Positions 28,671-37,122 of a stretch of 64,000 nucleotides of DNA are shown here, one piece after another; within the stretch, counting starts at the first letter, position 1, and every line of letters starts with the position of its first letter. Both the position numbers and the translations under genes were made by a program. The notes beneath the pieces are model-generated. The model was not told where the DNA came from and did no database searches. It worked only from the letters and a program-made list of their open reading frames with translations. The DNA comes from Patescibacteria group bacterium (lineage in GTDB: Bacteria > Patescibacteriota > Minisyncoccia > Phycocordibacterales > PALSA-1337), in NCBI GenBank assembly GCA_040388415.1, contig JAZKBV010000003.1, positions 47,571 through 111,570 of the forward strand. Direction: 5' to 3'.

Positions 28671-28709
28671 AAAAAACAGCGTTCCTCGAAAGGAACGCTG
28701 TGTGTTTTT
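28671..28709. terminator. Bidirectional intrinsic terminator
   Basis: aaaaaac-agcgttcct-cgaa-aggaacgct-gtgtgtttttg between convergent genes. Confidence 0.65.
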
Positions 28710-28714
28710 GTGAA

Positions 28715-29536
28715 TCAATGTAAGACTTCGAAATTGAGGCGCGCTGCTGCGAGCTCCATTGAAGCATTGATACGCGCACGTTGCACGTCGCGTTTTTCAC
28801 GCATCCCTGCATCATCTTCGGCCAGCTGTTCGGGCGGATGAACATAATCAACCGTGACCGACTTCACTTCGAGGCCAGCATCGAGGAACCAGAGGACTGG
28901 GACAAACAAAATCTGCCATTTGTCACTGTCAGAATCCGGTTCGTCAGCGCCGTTGTAAATGGCCATCATGCGAGCAGCTTCAGCTGTCATCACACGTGGG
29001 CCAAAGTAGAGATCAAGGGCAGGCTGATTGGTGATGTTGGCCAGCTCCCAGTTTCCGCGGTATTCCGAGAATTGCTGATAGGGTGGATAACCGTCAAGAT
29101 TCTTCCGGCGCGGGATAACCACATCGGCTTCTTCGAAGACGATTTCATTGAGGCAGGGAACAAGCAACGGAATGAGCGTGTGTTTTTCCGGCTCAAGCCA
29201 AACGATGATGTCCGCGCCAGAATCGATACCTGCTCCGAGAGCTTGGCGGCGGGATGCACCCATACCAGACTCTTTCTGATCAATGACAATGACTCCTGTT
29301 TCCCGTAGCGCTTTCTTGAAGGAAAGACACGGACTGCCGTCAATGACGATAAGGTTGTAACCATGCTGCTTGCATGCGAGGCACGTCTTGATCGCTAGGC
29401 GAGCACGTGGCTCGTCGACTGACTGATATGAAGTTGTCGTCACGAGGACGACTTTTTTTAAATGTTCACTCACGGCATAGTCCTTTTTGTTGTGCGTTTG
29501 CTGTGTCAGTCCGATGTTGTATCGAACTAAATTCAA
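28715..29536 (-). CDS. Hypothetical protein, GT-A-fold glycosyltransferase-like; compositionally GC-richer than neighbours
   Basis: KVVLVTTTSYQS...IVIDGSP pattern; visibly higher GC than flanking glycan genes. Confidence 0.3.
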   Translation of the reverse strand: MNLVRYNIGLTQQTHNKKDYAVSEHLKKVVLVTTTSYQSVDEPRARLAIKTCLACKQHGYNLIVIDGSPCLSFKKALRETGVIVIDQKESGMGASRRQALGAGIDSGADIIVWLEPEKHTLIPLLVPCLNEIVFEEADVVIPRRKNLDGYPPYQQFSEYRGNWELANITNQPALDLYFGPRVMTAEAARMMAIYNGADEPDSDSDKWQILFVPVLWFLDAGLEVKSVTVDYVHPPEQLAEDDAGMREKRDVQRARINASMELAAARLNFEVLH

Positions 29537-29629
29537 GCACCATTATAACATTTTATGTACTTAATGTCAATTTGTAGATTTACGTTCGTATCTCTGATAT
29601 AGTACGAATCTAAACGCTTATATTTCCAC

Positions 29630-30670
29630 ATGAAAAAAGCACTCATCACAGGCATTACCGGACAAGATGGATCATATCTCGCAGAGTTTCTTCTGAACAA
29701 AGGTTATGAGGTGCATGGACTCATTCGCCGCGCATCTTCTTTTAATACTGGCCGCTTGAGTCATATTTTTCAGGATCCCCATGAGAAGAATAAAAAGCTC
29801 ATCCTTCATTATGGAGACTTGTCAGACTCAAGCAACATCTCGCGACTTCTCGAAAAGATTCGTCCTGATGAGATCTACAACCTCGGTGCACAGAGCCATG
29901 TCCGTGTCAGCTTTGATATACCAGAATATACCGGCGACATCGTTGGTCTCGGCACGCTCCGCCTCCTCGATGCGATCAAGGATACACAGATAAAGACAAA
30001 GTTCTACCAAGCTTCATCGAGCGAGATGTTCGGTAAAGCGGTTGAATTGCCTTTGACTGAAAAATCAGCATTTCATCCCCGCTCGCCCTATGGCTGTGCA
30101 AAAGTGTTCGCCTATTGGACGACCAAGAACTATCGTGAGAGCTACGGCATCTTTGCGGTCAACGGCATCCTTTTCAATCATGAGTCTCCTCGCAGAGGTG
30201 AGACGTTCGTAACGCGCAAGATCACTCGCGGACTATCTCGCATCAAGCTTGGTTTGGAAGACAAGCTCCACCTCGGTAATCTCGATGCAAAGCGCGATTG
30301 GGGTCATGCCCAAGACTATGTAGAGGGTATGTGGCTCATGCTACAAGCAAAAAAACCTGATGACTACGTGCTCGCTATGGGAGAGATGCATTCCGTTAGA
30401 GAGTTCGTTGAACTTGCTGCAAAATGCTTGGGTATCGACCTCATCTGGAAAGGCAAAGGTATCAAAGAAGTTGGTATAGATAAAAAGACAAAGAAAGTAA
30501 TCATTGAGATTGATCCGCACTATTTCAGACCAGCAGAAGTTGATGTGTTACTCGGTGATTCAAAGAGAGCGCGAAAAGAGCTTGGTTGGAAGCCGAAGAT
30601 TTCATTCAAACAGCTCATCGAGCTCATGGTGGATGCTGATATGGAAAAGGAATCAGGAAAGAAGAAATAA
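29630..30670 (+). CDS. gmd: GDP-mannose 4,6-dehydratase
   Basis: [19 protein letters not shown], YxxxK SDR motif, full-length 346 aa. Confidence 0.95.
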   Translation: MKKALITGITGQDGSYLAEFLLNKGYEVHGLIRRASSFNTGRLSHIFQDPHEKNKKLILHYGDLSDSSNISRLLEKIRPDEIYNLGAQSHVRVSFDIPEYTGDIVGLGTLRLLDAIKDTQIKTKFYQASSSEMFGKAVELPLTEKSAFHPRSPYGCAKVFAYWTTKNYRESYGIFAVNGILFNHESPRRGETFVTRKITRGLSRIKLGLEDKLHLGNLDAKRDWGHAQDYVEGMWLMLQAKKPDDYVLAMGEMHSVREFVELAAKCLGIDLIWKGKGIKEVGIDKKTKKVIIEIDPHYFRPAEVDVLLGDSKRARKELGWKPKISFKQLIELMVDADMEKESGKKK

Positions 30671-30673
30671 ACT

Positions 30674-31834
30674 ATGATTAAACTCGTCAAATCAACTTTC
30701 TATAAAGAAAAAGAAACCAAGGCATCTTTGGCAGAGTTCATACTCAAGACAGATATTTTGAGTATGGGTGATGAGTGTAAAAAATTCGAGGCGGCATTTG
30801 CTAAAAAACAAAAAAGAAAATACGCGCTACTCGTTTCGAGTGGTTCAATGGCCAACCAAGTCTTGATCCAGTCAGTGCTGAATAAAGGTTTGCTTAAAAA
30901 AGGCGATAAGGTCGCAGTGTCCGCACTCACCTGGGCGACCAATATCATGCCGCTACTCCAGCTTGGTCTTGAGCCAGCTATCCTCGACGTTGATATCGCC
31001 ACATTCAACGTCTCTTCAGTTGAGCTTGAAAAACACATAAAAGGCATCAAAGCATTTTTCATAACTAATGTGCTCGGCTTGTGCGGCGATATGACTCAGA
31101 TTAAAAAAGTATGTGACAAGCATGGTGTACTTTTGCTCGAAGATAATTGCGAGTCGCTCGGCTCAGAGATCGACGGCAAGCTTCTGGGTAACTTTGGACT
31201 TGCCTCGACGTTCTCATTTTTTGTCGGACATCATCTCTCAACAATCGAGGGTGGCATGGTCTGTACTGATGATGAGGATTTATACAATATGCTCGTTATG
31301 GTACGTGCGCATGGTTGGGACCGAAACCTTTCTCCTGAAATACAGCAGAAGCTCAGAAAAGAAGCTGGCTGTGACGATTTTTATGCCAAGTATACATTTT
31401 ATGATCTTGCCTATAATGCTCGTCCAACTGAGATCACTGGTTTTCTCGGTAACTCTCAGCTTCCATATCTCGATCTGATGATCGCCAAGCGTGTTTCAAA
31501 TTTTAAGCGTTTTGCTGAAGCGGTGAATGCAAATGATGATTTTATGAATATTGATTATTCACATGTCGATATAGTTTCAAATATGGCTATGCCTATCGTA
31601 TGCAAGACGCCAGAAAAAGCCGAGATCTATAAAAAGAAATTTGCTGGTGCTGTGGAGATACGACCGGTTATTGCGGGCAACATGCTCAATCAACCATTTT
31701 ATAAAAAATATGTGACGAGCAGTGCTACATATCCGAACACTGACTTTGTTCATCAGAACGGCTTTTATTTTGCCAACAATGCAGAATTAACAGATGAAGA
31801 AGTTGACCTTATCGTTTCACTGCTTCAAAAATAA
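30674..31834 (+). CDS. DegT/DnrJ/EryC1-family PLP enzyme with His replacing catalytic Lys: GDP-4-keto-6-deoxymannose 3-dehydratase (ColD)-like
   Basis: SFFVGHHLSTIEGG where aminotransferases have K 8 residues before GEGG; flanked by gmd and fcl-like genes. Confidence 0.6.
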   Translation: MIKLVKSTFYKEKETKASLAEFILKTDILSMGDECKKFEAAFAKKQKRKYALLVSSGSMANQVLIQSVLNKGLLKKGDKVAVSALTWATNIMPLLQLGLEPAILDVDIATFNVSSVELEKHIKGIKAFFITNVLGLCGDMTQIKKVCDKHGVLLLEDNCESLGSEIDGKLLGNFGLASTFSFFVGHHLSTIEGGMVCTDDEDLYNMLVMVRAHGWDRNLSPEIQQKLRKEAGCDDFYAKYTFYDLAYNARPTEITGFLGNSQLPYLDLMIAKRVSNFKRFAEAVNANDDFMNIDYSHVDIVSNMAMPIVCKTPEKAEIYKKKFAGAVEIRPVIAGNMLNQPFYKKYVTSSATYPNTDFVHQNGFYFANNAELTDEEVDLIVSLLQK

Positions 31835-31835
31835 T

Positions 31836-32783
31836 ATGAATACAATTAAAAAAAATTCAAAGATATATATCGCTGGCCACACAGGCTTGGTCGGCAGTGC
31901 GATCGTCAGAAAACTGCAAGCTGAAGGCTATACCAGCATCGTTACACGCATACGCACAGAGCTGGATCTCTTGGATGCAAAAGCAGTCGGTCATTTCTTT
32001 TCTATAGAAAAACCTGAGTATGTTATCGATGCCGCAGCTCGAGTTGGAGGCATAAAAGCAAACATGACCTTTCCTGCAGAATTTCTCTATGAGAACCTCC
32101 AGATACAAAATAATCTCATTTGGTCAGCGCATCGGCATGAAGTCAAAAAATTCCTATTCCTTGGCAGCTCATGCATATATCCCCGCAGCGCTCCTCAACC
32201 GATGAAAGAAGAGTATTTTCTCGACGGGAAGCTCGAGCCGACCAACGAAGGATATGCTCTGGCAAAAATCTCAGGCATGAAGCTGTGTGAAAAGATCAAT
32301 ACTGAATATAAAAAAGATTTTATTTCTTGTATGCCGACGAACATCTATGGTCCTCATGATAATTTCAGCGAAGAATCATCTCACGTTATTCCAGCTCTTA
32401 TCCAACGTTTCCATAAAGCAAAGCTTGCTCACGATCCTGAAGTAGTGATTTGGGGTAGTGGCATCAGTCGCAGAGAATTCTTGTACGTTGACGATCTGGC
32501 TGAAGCGATTGTTTGGCTCATGGAGAACTACGATCAAAAAGAATTTTTGAATGTAGGCACCGGCGAGGATGTATCTATCAAAGAATTGGCTACGCTCATA
32601 AAAGAGATCGTGGGTTATGAAGGCAAGCTCGTATTTGATACGACAAAGCCCGACGGTATGCCAAAAAAGCTTCTCGACGTTTCAAAGCTCACGGCTCTCG
32701 GTTGGCAGTCAAAAACGAAGCTCGAAGATGGTCTCAAGCAAAGCTACGCATGGTTTTTGGAATACGGGCAAAAACAAAAATAA
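31836..32783 (+). CDS. GDP-L-fucose synthase family epimerase/reductase (Fcl / GDP-L-colitose synthase ColC-like)
   Basis: KIYIAGHTGLVGSAI, YAxAK motif; start taken at ATG 31836 right after upstream stop. Confidence 0.8.
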   Translation: MNTIKKNSKIYIAGHTGLVGSAIVRKLQAEGYTSIVTRIRTELDLLDAKAVGHFFSIEKPEYVIDAAARVGGIKANMTFPAEFLYENLQIQNNLIWSAHRHEVKKFLFLGSSCIYPRSAPQPMKEEYFLDGKLEPTNEGYALAKISGMKLCEKINTEYKKDFISCMPTNIYGPHDNFSEESSHVIPALIQRFHKAKLAHDPEVVIWGSGISRREFLYVDDLAEAIVWLMENYDQKEFLNVGTGEDVSIKELATLIKEIVGYEGKLVFDTTKPDGMPKKLLDVSKLTALGWQSKTKLEDGLKQSYAWFLEYGQKQK

Positions 32784-32808
32784 TCCAAATCATGATAGTA
32801 TAGCCTCT

Positions 32809-33489
32809 ATGAATACATCTACTCCAGACAGCAGATTTGACCCTGTGGCATCGTCAAAGACATTCAATAGGATCTTGGATGGTCTCTCTCTTCGTGACAC
32901 AAAAACCCTTGATCTTGGTTGTGGCTACGGTGAGTATCTTGTAAAGTTTGGCGCTGGGAGTGTTGGCGTGACGACGACATTGGCTGAAGTTGAATATGGC
33001 AAAACGCATAACCTCAATATAGTAAAAGGGAATGTGGAGCTCATCGACACACTTGGCCTCGATAGATCTTTTGGGGCGATCTGGGCGAATAATCTTTTTG
33101 AACATTTGCTCGCGCCACATGCTTTTTTGATAAAGCTTAAAACAATCACTAAACCCGAGGGACTACTCATTCTTGGTGTTCCGGTGATCCCTGTCATACC
33201 TGCCATGATGAAGATAGGTAAATTCCGGGGCGCACTAGCTGTTGCTCATGTGAATTTCTTTACACGAGAAAGCTTGAAGCTGAGCGTCGAGCGTGCTGGC
33301 TGGAAAGTGTCAGCCGTTCGCCCCTTTATCTTTTCAAATAAGATTTTGGATACTGTTGCAAGCTATTTTGCGCCACATCTTTATGTCGTTGCGCGCAATA
33401 ATGCAGACTTTAAATATGATGTAAAGAAATTGAAAGAGTGGAAAGACGACGCTCACTATAAGAGCATTCTCGATATCACTGGGCAATGA
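32809..33489 (+). CDS. Class I SAM-dependent methyltransferase
   Basis: LDLGCGYGEYL motif I; start at ATG 32809 after fcl stop. Confidence 0.6.
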   Translation: MNTSTPDSRFDPVASSKTFNRILDGLSLRDTKTLDLGCGYGEYLVKFGAGSVGVTTTLAEVEYGKTHNLNIVKGNVELIDTLGLDRSFGAIWANNLFEHLLAPHAFLIKLKTITKPEGLLILGVPVIPVIPAMMKIGKFRGALAVAHVNFFTRESLKLSVERAGWKVSAVRPFIFSNKILDTVASYFAPHLYVVARNNADFKYDVKKLKEWKDDAHYKSILDITGQ

Positions 33490-34610
33490 AAATCCTCTAT
33501 CTACAGAATATAAGGCTGCCCACGGAAAAGGCTCATGGTCTGCAGGTCATGGAAACTTGTCACTCATTGGCTCTCGCTGGCCATGAGGTCAACTTGGTCA
33601 TAGGTTCATATTTGTCGCTCGAGGAAAATGGCATTTTTGGCGTCTACGATATAGAAAAGAATTTTTCAATTAAAAAAGTCCCCGTAAGCTTCGGTCGGCA
33701 AGATCCCGAGCATACCAGTTTTTTGATGAAATCGATCATATTTGTCTATAATGCCTGGAGATCATATGGAAAAAGTTCGTTTGATATCGTCTATACGCGC
33801 GACACGCTGACCGCATTAGTATTTTCTATGCTCGGTAAAAAAGTGTTCTATGAGATTCATGATGTGCGCCATAGTCTGCTCCAGAAATTAGCCTTACAGA
33901 AAGCGGTGGGAGTGATCAGTATCACTCGCGGCTTAGTAGATTATTGTGAAAGCATCGGTGTAAAGAAAGAAAAGATCTGCATCGCGCCTGACGCAGTGGA
34001 CTTGGCCGAGTTCCAAATACGCGCTACGCAGCGTGAATGCAGGGAAAAGCTCGGTTTACCTCAAGATAAAAAGATCGTTTTGTATACAGGTCATCTCTAT
34101 TCATGGAAAGGGGCCGATACTTTTGCCGAGTCAGCGCAGTTTCTGGATGAAAATACAATGGTCTCTTTTGTTGGTGGGCATGATTATGATATCGAAGTGT
34201 TCAAGAAACGTTTTGCTAATGCGCATATCTCTGTGCTTGGGCGTAAATCCCATGACCTCATGCCATACTACATGAAAGCAGCTGATGTTCTCGTGCTCCC
34301 AAATAGCGCCAAAGAAGACATATCGCGCCTTTATACATCGCCGATAAAACTATTTGAGTACATGGCAAGCAGTCAGCCGATCGTCGCGTCAGATTTGCCG
34401 TCACTACGCGAGGTGCTTACTGAGAAAAATTGTACTTTTTTTGAAGCAGACAATGCAGAGTCGCTCGCAGGCACTATAAAGAAAGTCTTGGTTGATGCGC
34501 AGTCAGCGGGTATACTTGCCGAGCAAGCTTTGATCGATGTGCAAGAGTATACGTGGCAAAAGCGCGCGCAAAAGATCATCGATTTCATCAAGACTACCAA
34601 ACATGATTAA
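33486..34610 (+). CDS. Glycosyltransferase family 4
   Basis: GT-B, C-terminal ...PIKLFEYMASSQPIVAS. Confidence 0.8.
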   Translation: MKILYLQNIRLPTEKAHGLQVMETCHSLALAGHEVNLVIGSYLSLEENGIFGVYDIEKNFSIKKVPVSFGRQDPEHTSFLMKSIIFVYNAWRSYGKSSFDIVYTRDTLTALVFSMLGKKVFYEIHDVRHSLLQKLALQKAVGVISITRGLVDYCESIGVKKEKICIAPDAVDLAEFQIRATQRECREKLGLPQDKKIVLYTGHLYSWKGADTFAESAQFLDENTMVSFVGGHDYDIEVFKKRFANAHISVLGRKSHDLMPYYMKAADVLVLPNSAKEDISRLYTSPIKLFEYMASSQPIVASDLPSLREVLTEKNCTFFEADNAESLAGTIKKVLVDAQSAGILAEQALIDVQEYTWQKRAQKIIDFIKTTKHD

Positions 34611-35316
34611 AGATCCAGCATTTTATAATAAAGAAAGCGCGCAGTATTCTGCGAAGCGTTATCCAGTCGTAGCAACGAACTACATTCAGTTTTTCTTTAA
34701 AAAAAGGCTCAGTCTGACCCTCTCACATTTGAGAAGTTTATTCGGCAAGAGCAATGGTCTCAATCTACTCGAGGTCGGGTGCGCTGATGGGGTAGTATTG
34801 CGCGATATACAGAAAAAACTGCCTGCAGTATTTTCAGGCATGACTGGGATCGATACAGCAAAAGATATGATCGTTGCTGCTGCCTCGCTCGATAGTACCC
34901 ATAAGATGAAGTTTTATGTCCGTGGTGAAGAGCCTGTGCAGACGTACGATACGATCGTTGAGATCGGGGTTGCTAACTATGCTGATTTTGACACGGAGCT
35001 TGTCTATGCGAGTGAACATCTCAAAGTGGGAGGCGCATACATACTTTCTATTGCTGGGAACGATTCGCTCAATGCGCGTCTCGGTGGTGGGGTAGGGTAT
35101 AATAATTTCTTATCTTATGCTGAATATCAAAAGAAGATACGTGCGGTATTTGATATAAAAAAGATAATCCCGGTTGGATTTCATGTTCCATTCATCTGGA
35201 GAGTTCCTTTTATTGCACGTTGCATTCAGCCGATTGTTGAGCTGATTTTTCTCCATACGTTACCTCGCCTCGCTCATGAAAAAATCTTCTTTTTAAAGAA
35301 AAAGAATGTGTTATAA
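34603..35316 (+). CDS. Class I SAM-dependent methyltransferase
   Basis: LLEVGCADGVV motif I; ATGATTAA overlap with upstream stop. Confidence 0.6.
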   Translation: MIKDPAFYNKESAQYSAKRYPVVATNYIQFFFKKRLSLTLSHLRSLFGKSNGLNLLEVGCADGVVLRDIQKKLPAVFSGMTGIDTAKDMIVAAASLDSTHKMKFYVRGEEPVQTYDTIVEIGVANYADFDTELVYASEHLKVGGAYILSIAGNDSLNARLGGGVGYNNFLSYAEYQKKIRAVFDIKKIIPVGFHVPFIWRVPFIARCIQPIVELIFLHTLPRLAHEKIFFLKKKNVL

Positions 35317-35325
35317 TTTGAAACC

Positions 35326-36207
35326 ATGATGTTTTATACTAAGGCAAATAACAGCAAAAGCTTCGTGTACCACCGTATGGCAATGATCGCTGGATGGAGA
35401 AGTGGAGCGCTTACATTCCAAGATGCAATCTTACTCGCGTTACCAGCTCGTATTTTGCCACGCAGAAATGAGCTCACCTCACGTTATGAATCTTTTCTGA
35501 ATGAGCAATCTGAAAAAGAAATAAGAACATTTATGGATAAAGACTACCCGAATGTTTTTGAAAATATACTGGGAAATTCTAAGTTATCACTTATTTTTCA
35601 AATTTTTGTCAAAGATGAGTATAAAGCAAAAAGCTTTCTGAAACCTGACTCAGTAGTCATAGATGCAGGAGGAAATATCGGCATTTTTGCGATCTTCTCA
35701 TCCTTGCATTGTCCGCAAGGAAAAATATTCTCATTTGAACCAGTGACAAAAACATATGGTATTATGCTTGAAAATATAAAGAAGTATCCCAACATAAGAG
35801 CTATGAATATCGGACTTGGAGAGAAAGGGGGCGATCAAACGATTCTCACATCTTCTTGGAATGCTGGTATAAGCGCAGTCAGTGATAGTAGTCTAGCTCT
35901 CAAAAATAGCCGGTTTTTTGATGGATCAGAAAAAATTCAGATTATAACTATTGATGACATGGTGGAACATGAGCATATATCACATGTTGATGTGATCAAG
36001 ATCGACACTGAGGGCTATGAAGCAAGCATATTAAAGGGTGCTCAAAAAACTATTTTTAGAGACAAACCAATAATAACCATGTCTGCTTACCACAATAAAG
36101 ACGATAAGACAGATCTGCCTAAAATCCTTAAAGCGATTTGCCCAGAATATAAATGCGAACAATACAATCGGTATGAAGAGGACATGGTCTGTTCGGTTAC
36201 ATCATAA
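35326..36207 (+). CDS. FkbM-family methyltransferase
   Basis: VIDAGGNIGIFAI ... IKIDTEGYE. Confidence 0.8.
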   Translation: MMFYTKANNSKSFVYHRMAMIAGWRSGALTFQDAILLALPARILPRRNELTSRYESFLNEQSEKEIRTFMDKDYPNVFENILGNSKLSLIFQIFVKDEYKAKSFLKPDSVVIDAGGNIGIFAIFSSLHCPQGKIFSFEPVTKTYGIMLENIKKYPNIRAMNIGLGEKGGDQTILTSSWNAGISAVSDSSLALKNSRFFDGSEKIQIITIDDMVEHEHISHVDVIKIDTEGYEASILKGAQKTIFRDKPIITMSAYHNKDDKTDLPKILKAICPEYKCEQYNRYEEDMVCSVTS

Positions 36208-37111
36208 GCCATTCTTCGGGAATAAGATCATGTGCGATAGTCTTTGGGTCGCCAAAGCGTTGTTTTGGCGCTACGACGATCTTTTGTGGGTTAGTGTTAA
36301 GCCAAGCACCCCACCAGCTATATGAGCTCTTGGCGATGATGTTATGTGAGCATGAACTCATGATGATGAGCTCTTCATAGTCCGGAATCTTATATTTGGA
36401 TATATAGACAGCGTCAGCGCCAAAATCCATATTGTTTTTGACCCACTCTATCTCATCAGAAAATACAAAGATGCGGAGCGGAGCACCGTTAGTTTTTTCT
36501 TTTATATACTGAAGCGCTTTCGAATAATATTCGCGCGTGAGCTCACCATGTTTTTTGAGCAGCGCGGGATCATTCGCTTGGTCGCCGCGGCGAATATGGA
36601 TCGATACTGAAAGAGCGGATTCGATCATTTTCTCTAGTTCAGCAGCTTTGTCTGAAAGCGGTTTTTTGAGCTGTAAATCATTTCGGATGACAGCTTCAAA
36701 TCCTTTGAAATATTTTTCACTTTGCCAGACGCCAGATAGATAGCTGTCATGATCAATGCTCATGACTTCAGGTATAAAGTCGAAACCAGGCTCGAGAATG
36801 ACCTTTCTTTTATGGAGTGGTTTAATCGATTCGATGAATCTAAATCCTTTGCGAATGATCTTTGAGAGTGTGTCTTGCTTGATAGGATCTGGAATGCCTG
36901 TTTTAATGAAGTCGCTATCAGTGGCGATAAGCTGTTCTATATTTGTAATATTGAAGTGGGGAAGCTTGAATGAACGATCTGGTTCGATATTAAGGCCGTA
37001 GAAGTGCGTATCTAGTCTGAGTTCAGTGCTATTTTTGAGCGACAAGGCCCGCCCAAGGGCGTACTGGAAGAGTTGATTGCCTATGCCTCCTGATATGCGG
37101 GTGATGATCAT
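36197..37111 (-). CDS. GT11 alpha-1,2-fucosyltransferase-family glycosyltransferase
   Basis: ISGGIGNQLFQYA, HIRRGD motifs. Confidence 0.8.
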   Translation of the reverse strand: MIITRISGGIGNQLFQYALGRALSLKNSTELRLDTHFYGLNIEPDRSFKLPHFNITNIEQLIATDSDFIKTGIPDPIKQDTLSKIIRKGFRFIESIKPLHKRKVILEPGFDFIPEVMSIDHDSYLSGVWQSEKYFKGFEAVIRNDLQLKKPLSDKAAELEKMIESALSVSIHIRRGDQANDPALLKKHGELTREYYSKALQYIKEKTNGAPLRIFVFSDEIEWVKNNMDFGADAVYISKYKIPDYEELIIMSSCSHNIIAKSSYSWWGAWLNTNPQKIVVAPKQRFGDPKTIAHDLIPEEWLMM

Positions 37112-37122
37112 AGTGATGATTG

